64,000 nt of DNA, from the IMG/VR virus record IMGVR_UViG_3300017963_000188, positions 248,001-312,000 of that record; one strand, written 5' to 3'. A model generated the notes under the pieces. That model worked only from the letters and a program-made list of their open reading frames with translations. It was not told where the DNA came from and did no database searches. Positions 42,601 to 52,303 of the stretch are shown piece by piece (within the stretch, counting starts at the first letter, position 1; each line of letters opens with the position of its first letter). The position numbers and the translations under genes are program-made.

Positions 42601-43773
42601 GACACTGGAGGACCTACTAATGTAGGTAGATTCCGAATTAAAGGTATACATCAAAAAGATTTTGGAGTGACTGGGCCTTTCACTGGTGATTTACCTACAG
42701 ATCATGAAGGTGACACTATATCTGGTGAGGGTGGATCAGTAGGGGGTGGTGTAGTTGTTTTGGTGAAAATACCTGGTGTGACAGGTTGGTTGGATCTAGG
42801 TCGTAGTAATGGTGATCCTAACATTGATAAGACAAAAGATTACTATGGATGTCTGGTTCAGTCTAACCAAATTGAGAATCTGGTAGATGGTCTTACAGAT
42901 TCAAATGCCATAGCTCTTGATATAAATGCTAGTAAGATGTATTGGACTGACACAGTAACTTCAAAAATACAACGATCTGACCTTGATGGATCGAATGTTG
43001 AAGATATTTACACAGCATCAGATGCTTGGGGTATTGCTCTGGATACTAATGCTGATAAAATGTACTTCACTAGTCCAGGCGCAAATAAGATTAGAAAAGC
43101 AGACCTAGATGGTAGTAATGTAGAAGATTTAGTAGATACTGGGTCAGGATTGCCTACAAGTATTGCTTTGGATATCAATGCTGGTAAAATGTATTGGATC
43201 AGTTTTGGACCTCCAAATCATATCTATCGAGCAAATTTAGATGGCTCAATGGTAGAAACTCTTGTATCAAATATTGGTGCTAATCCTTATGGTATAGCAT
43301 TAGATGTGGATGCTGGATATATGTATTGGTCTGATACAGCAGAGAGTTATATTAGACGAGCTGATTTGGATGGTTCTTTTGTAGATATCGTGGTGGAAGA
43401 TGCTTTGAGTCCAAATGGAATAGCTCTTGATCTAGAAGAAGGGAAGATTTATTGGCAAGGTCTGAGTCAAATCAATAGATGTGACCTTGATGGTTCTAAT
43501 AGGGAAGATTCTATAACACCCAGAGGATTGACTAAAGGGAAAGGTTTGGCTTTGGATACGGATTCTCGTAAGATATACTGGACCAATTATAATCACCATA
43601 AGATACAAAAGACAAGTATGGATGGTATGAGCATATATACTTACACTACAGATTATTACACTCAAGATAACGGTTTGGGAGAGTATCCCATTGCTATTAG
43701 GATAGGTTTAATAAAAGATGGTTATGGTTACTGGAATGACGTGGTAACTATCGAATGGCTACCGTATACATAA
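39610..43773 (+). CDS. Virion appendage protein, family B paralog 2, with two YWTD beta-propellers
   Basis: 1387 aa. Collinear full-length paralog of the previous gene (MPTKVDPGTLAIG start, EWLP end). Twelve YWTD-type repeats (about 41530-42300 and 42871-43626). Confidence 0.8.
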   Translation: MPTKVDPGTLAIGSGKAAQDSISVSSLDFAHLIDFQAALSAHVNDPDGAHPASAISVQDVYAKYDGVNAEIVFDEISDLVPDYPNAIGESRSVPNSGVPDWGVLDTYSKTGGFTCDTANHGHTSWGGGNQGGTPGDWIAETHCLIPDTVTGCVITGTLYPADRGYLVLLYATKGVFDNSGDTIEVGKLNLASNFDELRRRNPAVGYQQLDYTASENHWDPGTDIFSLTYRLPMLKEYDAGVPYTTYDFNYLQFQLARYTATLDLTATPFDIGTDVDFGSLKLFHFKSYTNVAGANYSASNLYGSHGKLDIYSDTSPAAPTLNEAGGEVLINAAYPLGTETTSVVANADLTTPNNLAAGTAIFAGDSTDRGKILTITGSSQGNNGTYQVLNEVDASNVKVYPNFPGTLPDTVTPQVQIEGANVVRLSGIAHYGPDNGFYVDQTFITTPDFWNNSYLTSDVADPKVSSEYLSDKSPLSYDFSDFGVVVKDIPYHLDLSSVSLSKGDGPAIDTSASHRATFISQESLVVRKGGSSYLSRVSHIVRSPFTTMQDYSSNPVGILLVDVYGQEISSKMKEEFYTEQYRYDLGTDLLEFIKYPIIPYDRSAPNFGDDGVVSGSNTFTSATASFTSADTGRIINIAKRPKLYWTDRQDDQIQRSNLDGAFVETVYSWGQNPNGIALDTVNGKIYWADFNYQEVKRMNFDGSGFETVWSGQQVYKIALDVDAGKIYYSDRGDHWIKRANMSDGSSKESLINYDDVDCVFLDIDAGKIYYTTGSPGLNTISRANMSDGSSIEVLYTVTSPEWIPDFAFDLIHGYIYFTVIGPSGRIMRCDLDGSNDVTITPSVMAYNIEIDVDGGKLYWSDVTSNVIKWSDLDGSNIESIISVTSGSESVRDMALMLESSFESYTATYVNGTEISVSPDWPSVDGVMREWRFPVQFDSDADLSTFTQKELQVASGQLVVPENDYTAGWALPSAGQFDYSGLAGGDPADTIRWYTRLFDTGGPTNVGRFRIKGIHQKDFGVTGPFTGDLPTDHEGDTISGEGGSVGGGVVVLVKIPGVTGWLDLGRSNGDPNIDKTKDYYGCLVQSNQIENLVDGLTDSNAIALDINASKMYWTDTVTSKIQRSDLDGSNVEDIYTASDAWGIALDTNADKMYFTSPGANKIRKADLDGSNVEDLVDTGSGLPTSIALDINAGKMYWISFGPPNHIYRANLDGSMVETLVSNIGANPYGIALDVDAGYMYWSDTAESYIRRADLDGSFVDIVVEDALSPNGIALDLEEGKIYWQGLSQINRCDLDGSNREDSITPRGLTKGKGLALDTDSRKIYWTNYNHHKIQKTSMDGMSIYTYTTDYYTQDNGLGEYPIAIRIGLIKDGYGYWNDVVTIEWLPYT

Positions 43774-43785
43774 GGATGTTTAGGC

Positions 43786-46700
43786 ATGGCAACATTCAAC
43801 GACCATTTCAAAGATCTCTTAAATCTTGTTGCCAAGAGAGTTTTGGGTCGGGAGCACACTTCTGATATTCCTATTGACTTGGAAGGAGCCTATCGTCCCT
43901 ACAATCAAATAACTCCATTTGATAAGATTGAAGATACAGGTCTTAGTGAATTTAAGTATACTTCTGGTATCAGGAAGTCAAACGCTACTCAGCCAGAAGT
44001 TAATCTTTTCAGTTTTTCTGATAATATTTCTGATAATGCTCAAGGACGTATTGCTACTATTTACGGTATTAAAGAAGTAAGCTATTCAGATACTGATGGT
44101 AGTGACGTTGGGTATGTAGCTGATAACTACAGATTCATTCACAGGACGTTTGATTTCCCTGACCAGGGGGTCAGTGCTGGGGATGTTATGTTTGTGCCTC
44201 TGACAGGTAGATTCTACGTCTCAGATGCAGTTATTACAGGAGATCCACCTAATACTGGACTTCAATTTCCTGTAGATACTTTTTCAGAGCCTACATTCAC
44301 ATTTGGTTCAGATATTGATGTTCTGATTCTTCAGAGAAATGCTGTTCAACTTTTCACTGTATCTGGACCCAATGTAGAAGTAGGTCGAGAACAAACCTTT
44401 TTTATGGTTACTCCTGATGTGGTTCAAAACCCAAGTCCTTATCTTGCTGACTTAAATTTGCTATCTCCAAAACGTCTACGTCCCTTGATGCCTCATAGGA
44501 AGAGTACCAAGATTGATTCAATCTTCACAAAAGGAGTGTTGGGTCTCAAATCAGATTGGGATTTTATGCTGGTTCTTTATCCAGATGATGGTGCTGGAAA
44601 TCCAGATTACACAAAACCAATCATAGGACCGAGACCTATAATCGATAGCTCTATCTCTGATGAACAGGAAATGATTATTGACCATATGAATGGTTCTGTT
44701 CATTTTACAGTGCCTCCACGTCCAGGAGATGAAATCAATCCAAATGCTGTGACCGGAGCACCCCTGAAACTGTGGGCTATCTTTGCTACCATAACAATGG
44801 GCACTAGTGTATCTCAGACAAATTCAAATAGTCTTGTTCGAGGTGTCAGTGATTTCAACCCAGTATTGGTTGATGATAAAACAAGCACCCCTTCATATTT
44901 CAGATATGACCAGAATAGAAAGATTTGGTCGTTATTTTCAGGAGAAAAATATCTAGAAACAGATCCAGCAAATCAACCAGCTCAAGGGTTTGAGGTTGGT
45001 GAGCTAGGAGTAGAGAAAACCAACAGAGCAGGTTTCAGATTAAATCCAGAGAATGAAACTTGGGAAGTGTGTTCTATCCCTTCTGATTCTGATTTCATAC
45101 CGTTACGACTCACTTCAGGAGAAGTTGGGGGTACTCATCCTGGTATCAGTGTGGACGCTCCAGGATATACAGGTGGTTTCTTTTATAACAGTGGTGAAGA
45201 TAGATGGGGTTTGGATAAAGACCTATACATGGTTACTGCTGTTGAGGAATTAGGTTCTGATTCTTTACCTAATAGTTCGAATGTGAAAGTGGCTGTGTCT
45301 GGTAATTTTGCATATATTATCAGGAATGTGTCTGGTGATGGGTTCCTTTATGTATATGATATATCAGATCCTAATGCTATTGTTATGAGAGATTCTGAAG
45401 TTGTTGCAGGTCGTGAATTTCTAGACATAGATATATCTGGAACCAATGTTTTTGTCCTTATAACAAATGAAATTCAAGTCTACAATGTTTCAAATCCAGA
45501 TAGTATCTCATTGACAGATGGGTACCCTGCTGGTTCAGATGTGTATTTCCAAAGATTAAAAGTAATTGGTGATTATGTTTATGTTGTTGTACTATCATAC
45601 TTTACAGAATTATTCAATTGGGGATCTAGTCTATGGGTTCTTGATTTTAATGTGACAACGGCAGATGAACTCACTTATAGAGATGATGCTAATGTTCTTG
45701 GTCCACATGATCCACCTGGTCCTGGTTATGTGTCAGTGACAACAACTGATGTTTCTATAATAGCTACTATGATGTATAAAGAAGTTTTGTATACAATTGA
45801 TGTCACAGATCCAGATTCTGTATCTGTTCTTGATAGCGTTGTTGTTACAGATGGAACAGAAGTTGATGTTGAAAGAGACATAGTTGCAGTGTTATGTCCT
45901 GATGAATCTATAGATACTTTGAGGTTGTTTGATATTTCCAATCCGTCTTCCATACAAGTTAGAGATACTACAACATCTGGTTTGGATTCACCTGTTGATG
46001 TGATTGTTTCTCGTGGATATGTTTGGGTAGCTAATAGTGGTGATATGACACTTCTCAAATTTAGTGCTGTGAATCCTCTTAATATTGTGTTAGATAATTC
46101 ATATATCCAAACAGGTAATGGATTACTAGATCTAGATCTTAATAATAGTAAATTAGCTGTGTTAACAAGTAGTCCAACTACTGATATTCTGAAAATTTAT
46201 AATGAAATAAATACACAAGTACAGTTCCATCAAATAATATCTTCTTCAATTGATACTGATTATCTTGATTCTGAAACGGCAGTCATTGAAGATTTGACTG
46301 CAACAATAGTCAGGACAAATACTATTGATGGTGGCAGTTCTTTATTGTCTGTAGATGCTAATACTGAAATAACAGGTTCACTAATAACTAATGGTGTGAC
46401 CAATTCTGGTATTGTGCGGAGTTCTGATTCTAATATACCAATCCAAGGAAGTGCTACTGGGTCATATTCATCTAGTCAGATAGTAGGTTCTCAGCTCGCT
46501 CCTTGGGGTGTTGATATCGATTACACTACTGGTAAAGTCTATTGGGCCAGTTATGGTAGATCTTCTGGGCAAGATATCATTCAAAGAGCTAATCTAGATG
46601 GGACGAATGTTGAAACAATAATTGGTGGCTTGCAGCAACCATATGCTTTAGAGTTAGATGTTCCTGGAGGAAAAGTCTATTGGTCTGATATGTTTACCAA

Positions 46701-47415
46701 TGGTATTCATAGAGCTGATCTTGATGGGTCAAATACTGAACAAATAATAACAGGACAAGATGAACCTCGTGATATAGCTCTTGATTTAGTTGGGGGAAAG
46801 GTGTATTGGACAGAATCTGCTGGGAATGTAGTGAGAAGAGCTAATCTTAATGGTTCTTCTGTTGAAACTCTTGTCTCAGGTCTTTCGCAACCACAAGGGA
46901 TAGCGGTAGATCCAGCAAATGGTAAGATGTATTATTCTGATGAAACTCTTGCAAAGATAGTGCAGGCCAATTTGGATGGTTCTTCACCTGTAGATATTTT
47001 AACAACTATAGATGCTCGTAATCTTGTTGTTAGGCATAATAAATTATTTATTTCGGAGTATGTTTCTGATCGTATTAGAATGTCTAATTTAGATGGTTCT
47101 AATCTTGTATATATTAAATCAGGTGTGAATCTGACTCCATGTGGTATTGGTGTGAGAGACCATTTATTGGTTTGGACATCAACATATAATGATAATGTAA
47201 GTAAAATACCATTAGTTGTGTCAGGTATTTTAGGTGAGGCAGAAGATGGTTATGGTGGATACTTTTTTGGGACAAGTACCAGAGCACCTATCCATGTTGA
47301 AGGTATGAGTGCTTTACCATCAAGTGCAATGCAAGGTGATATTGCAGTTAGAGATAGTGATAACACCGTACATATATACCTGAATAGTGCTTGGAGACAG
47401 TTCACTGTCACATAG
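43786..47415 (+). CDS. Tail fibre-like protein, family C paralog 1, with LVIVD-like and YWTD propellers
   Basis: 1209 aa. N-terminal ~480 aa shared with the next two ORFs. LVIVD-like repeats (VAVSGNFAYI, LYVYDISDP, LRLFDISNP) at about 45230-46205. Six YWTD-type repeats at about 46480-47215. Confidence 0.75.
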   Translation: MATFNDHFKDLLNLVAKRVLGREHTSDIPIDLEGAYRPYNQITPFDKIEDTGLSEFKYTSGIRKSNATQPEVNLFSFSDNISDNAQGRIATIYGIKEVSYSDTDGSDVGYVADNYRFIHRTFDFPDQGVSAGDVMFVPLTGRFYVSDAVITGDPPNTGLQFPVDTFSEPTFTFGSDIDVLILQRNAVQLFTVSGPNVEVGREQTFFMVTPDVVQNPSPYLADLNLLSPKRLRPLMPHRKSTKIDSIFTKGVLGLKSDWDFMLVLYPDDGAGNPDYTKPIIGPRPIIDSSISDEQEMIIDHMNGSVHFTVPPRPGDEINPNAVTGAPLKLWAIFATITMGTSVSQTNSNSLVRGVSDFNPVLVDDKTSTPSYFRYDQNRKIWSLFSGEKYLETDPANQPAQGFEVGELGVEKTNRAGFRLNPENETWEVCSIPSDSDFIPLRLTSGEVGGTHPGISVDAPGYTGGFFYNSGEDRWGLDKDLYMVTAVEELGSDSLPNSSNVKVAVSGNFAYIIRNVSGDGFLYVYDISDPNAIVMRDSEVVAGREFLDIDISGTNVFVLITNEIQVYNVSNPDSISLTDGYPAGSDVYFQRLKVIGDYVYVVVLSYFTELFNWGSSLWVLDFNVTTADELTYRDDANVLGPHDPPGPGYVSVTTTDVSIIATMMYKEVLYTIDVTDPDSVSVLDSVVVTDGTEVDVERDIVAVLCPDESIDTLRLFDISNPSSIQVRDTTTSGLDSPVDVIVSRGYVWVANSGDMTLLKFSAVNPLNIVLDNSYIQTGNGLLDLDLNNSKLAVLTSSPTTDILKIYNEINTQVQFHQIISSSIDTDYLDSETAVIEDLTATIVRTNTIDGGSSLLSVDANTEITGSLITNGVTNSGIVRSSDSNIPIQGSATGSYSSSQIVGSQLAPWGVDIDYTTGKVYWASYGRSSGQDIIQRANLDGTNVETIIGGLQQPYALELDVPGGKVYWSDMFTNGIHRADLDGSNTEQIITGQDEPRDIALDLVGGKVYWTESAGNVVRRANLNGSSVETLVSGLSQPQGIAVDPANGKMYYSDETLAKIVQANLDGSSPVDILTTIDARNLVVRHNKLFISEYVSDRIRMSNLDGSNLVYIKSGVNLTPCGIGVRDHLLVWTSTYNDNVSKIPLVVSGILGEAEDGYGGYFFGTSTRAPIHVEGMSALPSSAMQGDIAVRDSDNTVHIYLNSAWRQFTVT

Positions 47416-47425
47416 GAATAGATTT

Positions 47426-50400
47426 ATGGTAGATTTCAATGAACATCTTAAAGATCTGTTAGACCTAACCTCAAAGAAGGTTTTGGGTCGTGAGCATACT
47501 TCAGGAGATCTTTCTCCTGAACTTGAACAGATCCGTCGCCCATATAATCAAATCACACCATATGATTATGTTAAAAATACAGGTCTTGAGAACCTTAGCT
47601 ACACAAGAGGTATTAGGAAACCATCTGGTCAAAATCCACAAAAGAATTTGTTTAACTTTTTGAAAAACTCCGGTTCAGATGCCATTGGTCGAATTGCTAC
47701 CATAGTTGGGATAGAAGAACTAGGTTCTTCAGATGTGGATGGAGCTAGCAAAGCTCAATTCTTGAGTGGTCCTGATAGATTGGTGCATGACACTGCAAGT
47801 TATTTCTCAAACCAAGGAGTGACGGCAGGAGACTATTGTTACTTCCCATGGAATAGGAAGTTTTATCGTATCTTCAGTGTGGCTGCCGATACAATTCAGT
47901 TTGATGGTACTCCTCTTAGTGATAGTGGGTTTGTTGCTTCTACATATTATGATGCCCTGATCCTTACATTACAGCCTGAAAAATTATATACGGTTCCTGG
48001 CATCCTTGGACAAGAACAGACATACTTCATGATGAGACCTGATAGTCCTCCAATCATTAATTCAGGAGATTATGCTTCAGATCCTCACGAGTTGGAAGAA
48101 TATCGGTTACGACCATTGATGCCATATCGAAAGCCTGTTCGAATTGATGCTATCTTCAATGAGGCTTTAGGAAGTGAAGATTTAAAAGAGAATTGGGATT
48201 TCCAGATTGTACTATTTCCCGATGATGGATCAGGTTCTCCTGATCTTACAAAGCCTATTGTAGAGGGTCCTGTTGTTATAGACAGTGAGAAATCACTAGA
48301 TGAACAGGCTATGATTGTGGATCATGCTAATGGTTCTGTTCGGTTTACAGTACCCCCTCAACCTGGAGATGCTATAAATCCAACTTCTATCACTGGTCAA
48401 TCTTTGAAGCTTTGGGCTGTATATGCTGTTATCACACCAGATCCAACTCATTTTTCAAATGGTGATGTGTCTGGATATAGTAATATAGCAAGAGGTCTGA
48501 CAGATTATCCTGCAATTGATGTTGAGTCAGGTCTATATGATTACCCTTCATATTTTCAATATGATCGTAATCGTAAAATCTGGTCACTATTTTCTGGATC
48601 TAAATATCTAGACCCAAATTCTGAGGACCAACCAGTCCAAGGTTTTGAGATTGGTGAAATGGGTAGGGGAAAAGATAATAGTCCTGGATTCAAGTTAGAC
48701 CATGTGAATGGTAGGTGGGAAGTTAGATCAAAAGCATTAGATGCTTCTGAGGACATTACTCTATTTCTAAGTTCTGGTGAAGATGGTGTATCACAACTTG
48801 GGATTGGTGCTCTTCAAAATGGATCAAAGTTAAGTGACTTTGGATATGATGAGTCTGATGATAGATGGTCTTTAACAAGTAATTTGAGATTGAAAAAATC
48901 TCTTGATGCATTCACTCTACAGACATTGGGATCAGATAATTTGGATACATTTGCTGATCCTGATATGATTCGTATTTATAACAGTAATTGCATTTTAGCA
49001 TTGAGAAACAAAGGTACTTATACAGCAGAAATTGGTTTGTTTCATGCCGCAGACCTTGATACAAATTCAGTGACTCTTAAGGATACCATTACAGTTCCGA
49101 ATGCAGTGAGTTTTGTATTTGCGAATTGGAATGGTTATAGACTGTATGTTGCTTTAAGCAATGGTGATATTGCTAGATATAATATTCTTCCAACTATATA
49201 TGATGCTGGAGCTACGTTTAGTTATGTTACCACATATACAACAATACCTTATGGATATACAGTTGTTGAGGTGAAAGATATTCAGTATGAAGGGACACCT
49301 AGACCTCCAAGTGATCCAGATCCTTTTGGAGAATCATTTCATAGAGTATTGGTTTCTGTTATTATAGATGATGCAGGGGATCATAAACTTACTTTTGGTG
49401 GTGTTGAGCTTCAAGTTGGTGGTGGTGATTACATACCAACCACTGTTTTCCGTACCTTTGGTGCTGTCCTAACTTCAGATACTGATCCAGTTGGACAATA
49501 TATATTTGTAGATGGGCTTTCAAATGATTATTCACATGAAGACAATGACCATATCTATGCTATAACAAATAATGGTGTTGATTGGTATACATCCACAGAT
49601 TTCCCTGATTCTACAGATTTTATTGTTGGGTATCGTGATTTTGAATCTATATCAAATGTAATAGCTCAATGCTATTATGACCGAGTTTTGTATGTAGTTT
49701 CATCTACAGCATTACGTGTCGTTGATGTTCCTGATGATGAGACATACACTTTTATAACCAGGGGATCAACTACAGATGGTATTGAGACTCCAATAGATAT
49801 TACTATTGATGGGCCAAATTCTATTGTTTACATTTTGAATTCAGATTCAACAGTGTCTATCTATGATGTGTCAGATCCTGATACACCTACATTCCTTAGG
49901 ACTCGTCCAGTTAATTTCTCCTCAACTCCACGTCAGATAGAGTTCTTTGATTACACTGGTAATGCTTTAGCATTAGAGCAAGGTGATGATAATGGTGGTG
50001 TGGTTTCTTTGATTGGTGATGAGACGTATCTATCAACTATCGATAATTTACGTTCCAGCTCTATAAATACAGATGTTATAAGTACAGACTTATTAGAGTC
50101 AAATGACCCTACTGATATTTTGAAATTGAATGTAGCAAAAATTATGTCAGGGGAGTTTGTAACTATCGGAGATGGTACCAATACATTTGGGCATTACAAT
50201 GGTACTGATGAAACTCCATTTTCAGATGCTGTGACAAAACTCCCAAATGGTGGGACTATATTTGTTTTTCCTGGGACATATACTTTTGGTAGTAATGTCA
50301 ATTTACCCAATGGTGTAAATTTGATTGGATCTGATCCAAACAATTGTGTTATAGAAATTGGTTATAATGGTTCTTGTTTCACAGGGCTAGGTGACCAATC

Positions 50401-52294
50401 ATTTAAAAATCTAACCTTCGATTTGAATTATGCATTGACTTCTATAGTTTCAATTTTACAATGTTCTGGAGACACTATAATAGAAAACTGTGTTTTCAAA
50501 ACAACTGTAACTTCCATCACTGGGGCTTGTCGTCATGTGGAATTTTCTAGTGTTTGGAACATAGTTATTCGAGATTGTAAGTTTATTGATTCTTCAAGTT
50601 ATGTCAGAGATATTTATGTGTATTATTGCAATAATGTCATGATTGATAATTGCACTTTTGCATATAGTACAGGTAATCCAAGTCAACAGGGGATTTATTT
50701 AGAAAACTCTAATAATGTTGATGTTCGTAATTGTTACATTGATGCAGAGTATGCTAGTGGTGGTGACTGGATATTCATTTATAATTGTACTATGGTTAAT
50801 GTGCTGCACAACCATGCTCATACAGATTTCAGTGACTGTTTTGTTGAATTAGCTGGTACTTGTAGTGATGTGAATATAATTGGTAATAGATGTCAATATA
50901 CAGCATCTTCTACGGCTATCAATACATTGTTCTCACAGGCTAATTTGACCAGAGTAAACATTAGTGACAATTCTTTTGTGACTATTACATTCTGGGGTGG
51001 TACTCTTTCTAAAGTACACATTAAAAGTAATGATTTAAGAGGTTTGTATGACACCTCCAATATTTATGTCAGTGCTTCTGTAACTTCAGCACAAGAGGTT
51101 TTTATTCTAGATAATGACATATATAGTGCTCAGGATGGGAGTTTTGGTGCTCTCTCTCTTCGTGGTACAGGGGTCAGAGACAAGTTCTTCATAGTAGGTA
51201 ACCGTGTGCAGACTACACATTATTATGCTCATGGTATAGAAATAGGGTATGATTTTGATAATACTGTGATTCGAGGAAATGATATACGATTTGTTATTTC
51301 AAATACGAGTTCTTTTGGTGGTTCCGGTATTTATATTAAACCTGAGAGTTCATCAGCTACTACAACTATGATTATTGAAAACAATGTAGTTGCTGGTAAT
51401 TATCGATACGGTATGTTTTTGAGTAGTCTTAGATATGGTTCTGTTAAAGATAATGAGGTGTCTGGTTGGAAAGAGAAAGGTATATACTGGGAAAATTCTA
51501 GTGCTGAGGGTTTTGTGATCGGTAACAATGTGCATAGTAATGTGGGTTCAGTAACATCCGGTGACTTAGTGGCAGGATTAGATATTTTGTATCAAGAAAG
51601 AATGATAGTTTCTGATAACCAAGTACATAATTTATCTCATATTGGTGGTGGTGGAAGTCTATATGGTATTCGAGCATATTTTACAGAATTTACATGTGAA
51701 GTGAAAAGGAACCGTCTTTATGATTTTACTATGAGTGGTACTGGTGAAACTAGATGTATTGATGTTGATAGTGGGGTGGTAAGTTCTAATCATGTTTCAA
51801 AAATAACATCCACGGGTGGGGGGTCTGTTTATGGGTTGAATGTTTTTCCCACAGGGGATACTACACATATTACTGATAATTTCATATCCCAATTATCTAC
51901 AGCAAGTGATGGGTATGGTATCACTATTGGTATCAGTTTTGGTTCTGTAGGTATGATTGTTTCTGGTAATAAGGTGCAAATTACAGAAACAGGGAGTGGT
52001 ACAGCTCGTGGTATAGCTATATCATTTTTAGCTTCTACTACACTTTTAGCTATAACCAATAATGTATGTAGTGCTGGTCCTACTGGAAGAGCATTGGAAT
52101 TTTTTGGCACTTTAACCAATATTTCAGATTCTATTTGCAATAGTAACATTTTCAATGGTTCTACTTCAGTGTATAAAGGCACAGGAGTTGTAGATATGTT
52201 GTTTATTGGTAATTGGGCTCAAACTATATCTGGTGGTGGATCATTTGCAGACTTTGCCGCTGGTGATGGTGGTCACTACCATAGGGAATCATAG
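47426..52294 (+). CDS. Tail fibre/tailspike-like protein, family C paralog 2, with propeller and pectin-lyase-like right-handed beta-helix
   Basis: Likely start ATG 47426 (MVDFNEHLKDLL, matching the paralog's MATFNDHFKDLL). Propeller-like region at about 48910-50020 (VSIYDVSDPDTPTF). GGTIFVFPGTYTF...LPNGVNLIGS followed by Asn-ladder repeats (I.NN.I, VSDNQVHN) at about 50200-52200. Confidence 0.75.
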   Translation: MVDFNEHLKDLLDLTSKKVLGREHTSGDLSPELEQIRRPYNQITPYDYVKNTGLENLSYTRGIRKPSGQNPQKNLFNFLKNSGSDAIGRIATIVGIEELGSSDVDGASKAQFLSGPDRLVHDTASYFSNQGVTAGDYCYFPWNRKFYRIFSVAADTIQFDGTPLSDSGFVASTYYDALILTLQPEKLYTVPGILGQEQTYFMMRPDSPPIINSGDYASDPHELEEYRLRPLMPYRKPVRIDAIFNEALGSEDLKENWDFQIVLFPDDGSGSPDLTKPIVEGPVVIDSEKSLDEQAMIVDHANGSVRFTVPPQPGDAINPTSITGQSLKLWAVYAVITPDPTHFSNGDVSGYSNIARGLTDYPAIDVESGLYDYPSYFQYDRNRKIWSLFSGSKYLDPNSEDQPVQGFEIGEMGRGKDNSPGFKLDHVNGRWEVRSKALDASEDITLFLSSGEDGVSQLGIGALQNGSKLSDFGYDESDDRWSLTSNLRLKKSLDAFTLQTLGSDNLDTFADPDMIRIYNSNCILALRNKGTYTAEIGLFHAADLDTNSVTLKDTITVPNAVSFVFANWNGYRLYVALSNGDIARYNILPTIYDAGATFSYVTTYTTIPYGYTVVEVKDIQYEGTPRPPSDPDPFGESFHRVLVSVIIDDAGDHKLTFGGVELQVGGGDYIPTTVFRTFGAVLTSDTDPVGQYIFVDGLSNDYSHEDNDHIYAITNNGVDWYTSTDFPDSTDFIVGYRDFESISNVIAQCYYDRVLYVVSSTALRVVDVPDDETYTFITRGSTTDGIETPIDITIDGPNSIVYILNSDSTVSIYDVSDPDTPTFLRTRPVNFSSTPRQIEFFDYTGNALALEQGDDNGGVVSLIGDETYLSTIDNLRSSSINTDVISTDLLESNDPTDILKLNVAKIMSGEFVTIGDGTNTFGHYNGTDETPFSDAVTKLPNGGTIFVFPGTYTFGSNVNLPNGVNLIGSDPNNCVIEIGYNGSCFTGLGDQSFKNLTFDLNYALTSIVSILQCSGDTIIENCVFKTTVTSITGACRHVEFSSVWNIVIRDCKFIDSSSYVRDIYVYYCNNVMIDNCTFAYSTGNPSQQGIYLENSNNVDVRNCYIDAEYASGGDWIFIYNCTMVNVLHNHAHTDFSDCFVELAGTCSDVNIIGNRCQYTASSTAINTLFSQANLTRVNISDNSFVTITFWGGTLSKVHIKSNDLRGLYDTSNIYVSASVTSAQEVFILDNDIYSAQDGSFGALSLRGTGVRDKFFIVGNRVQTTHYYAHGIEIGYDFDNTVIRGNDIRFVISNTSSFGGSGIYIKPESSSATTTMIIENNVVAGNYRYGMFLSSLRYGSVKDNEVSGWKEKGIYWENSSAEGFVIGNNVHSNVGSVTSGDLVAGLDILYQERMIVSDNQVHNLSHIGGGGSLYGIRAYFTEFTCEVKRNRLYDFTMSGTGETRCIDVDSGVVSSNHVSKITSTGGGSVYGLNVFPTGDTTHITDNFISQLSTASDGYGITIGISFGSVGMIVSGNKVQITETGSGTARGIAISFLASTTLLAITNNVCSAGPTGRALEFFGTLTNISDSICNSNIFNGSTSVYKGTGVVDMLFIGNWAQTISGGGSFADFAAGDGGHYHRES

Positions 52295-52303
52295 AGGATT
52301 GTC

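Noticed and set aside
35455-47415. Eukaryotic contamination as the source of the LDLR-like repeats
   Set aside because: The repeats are intron-free, in frame within phage-type scaffolds, in an operon with SD sites and overlapping start/stop codons.
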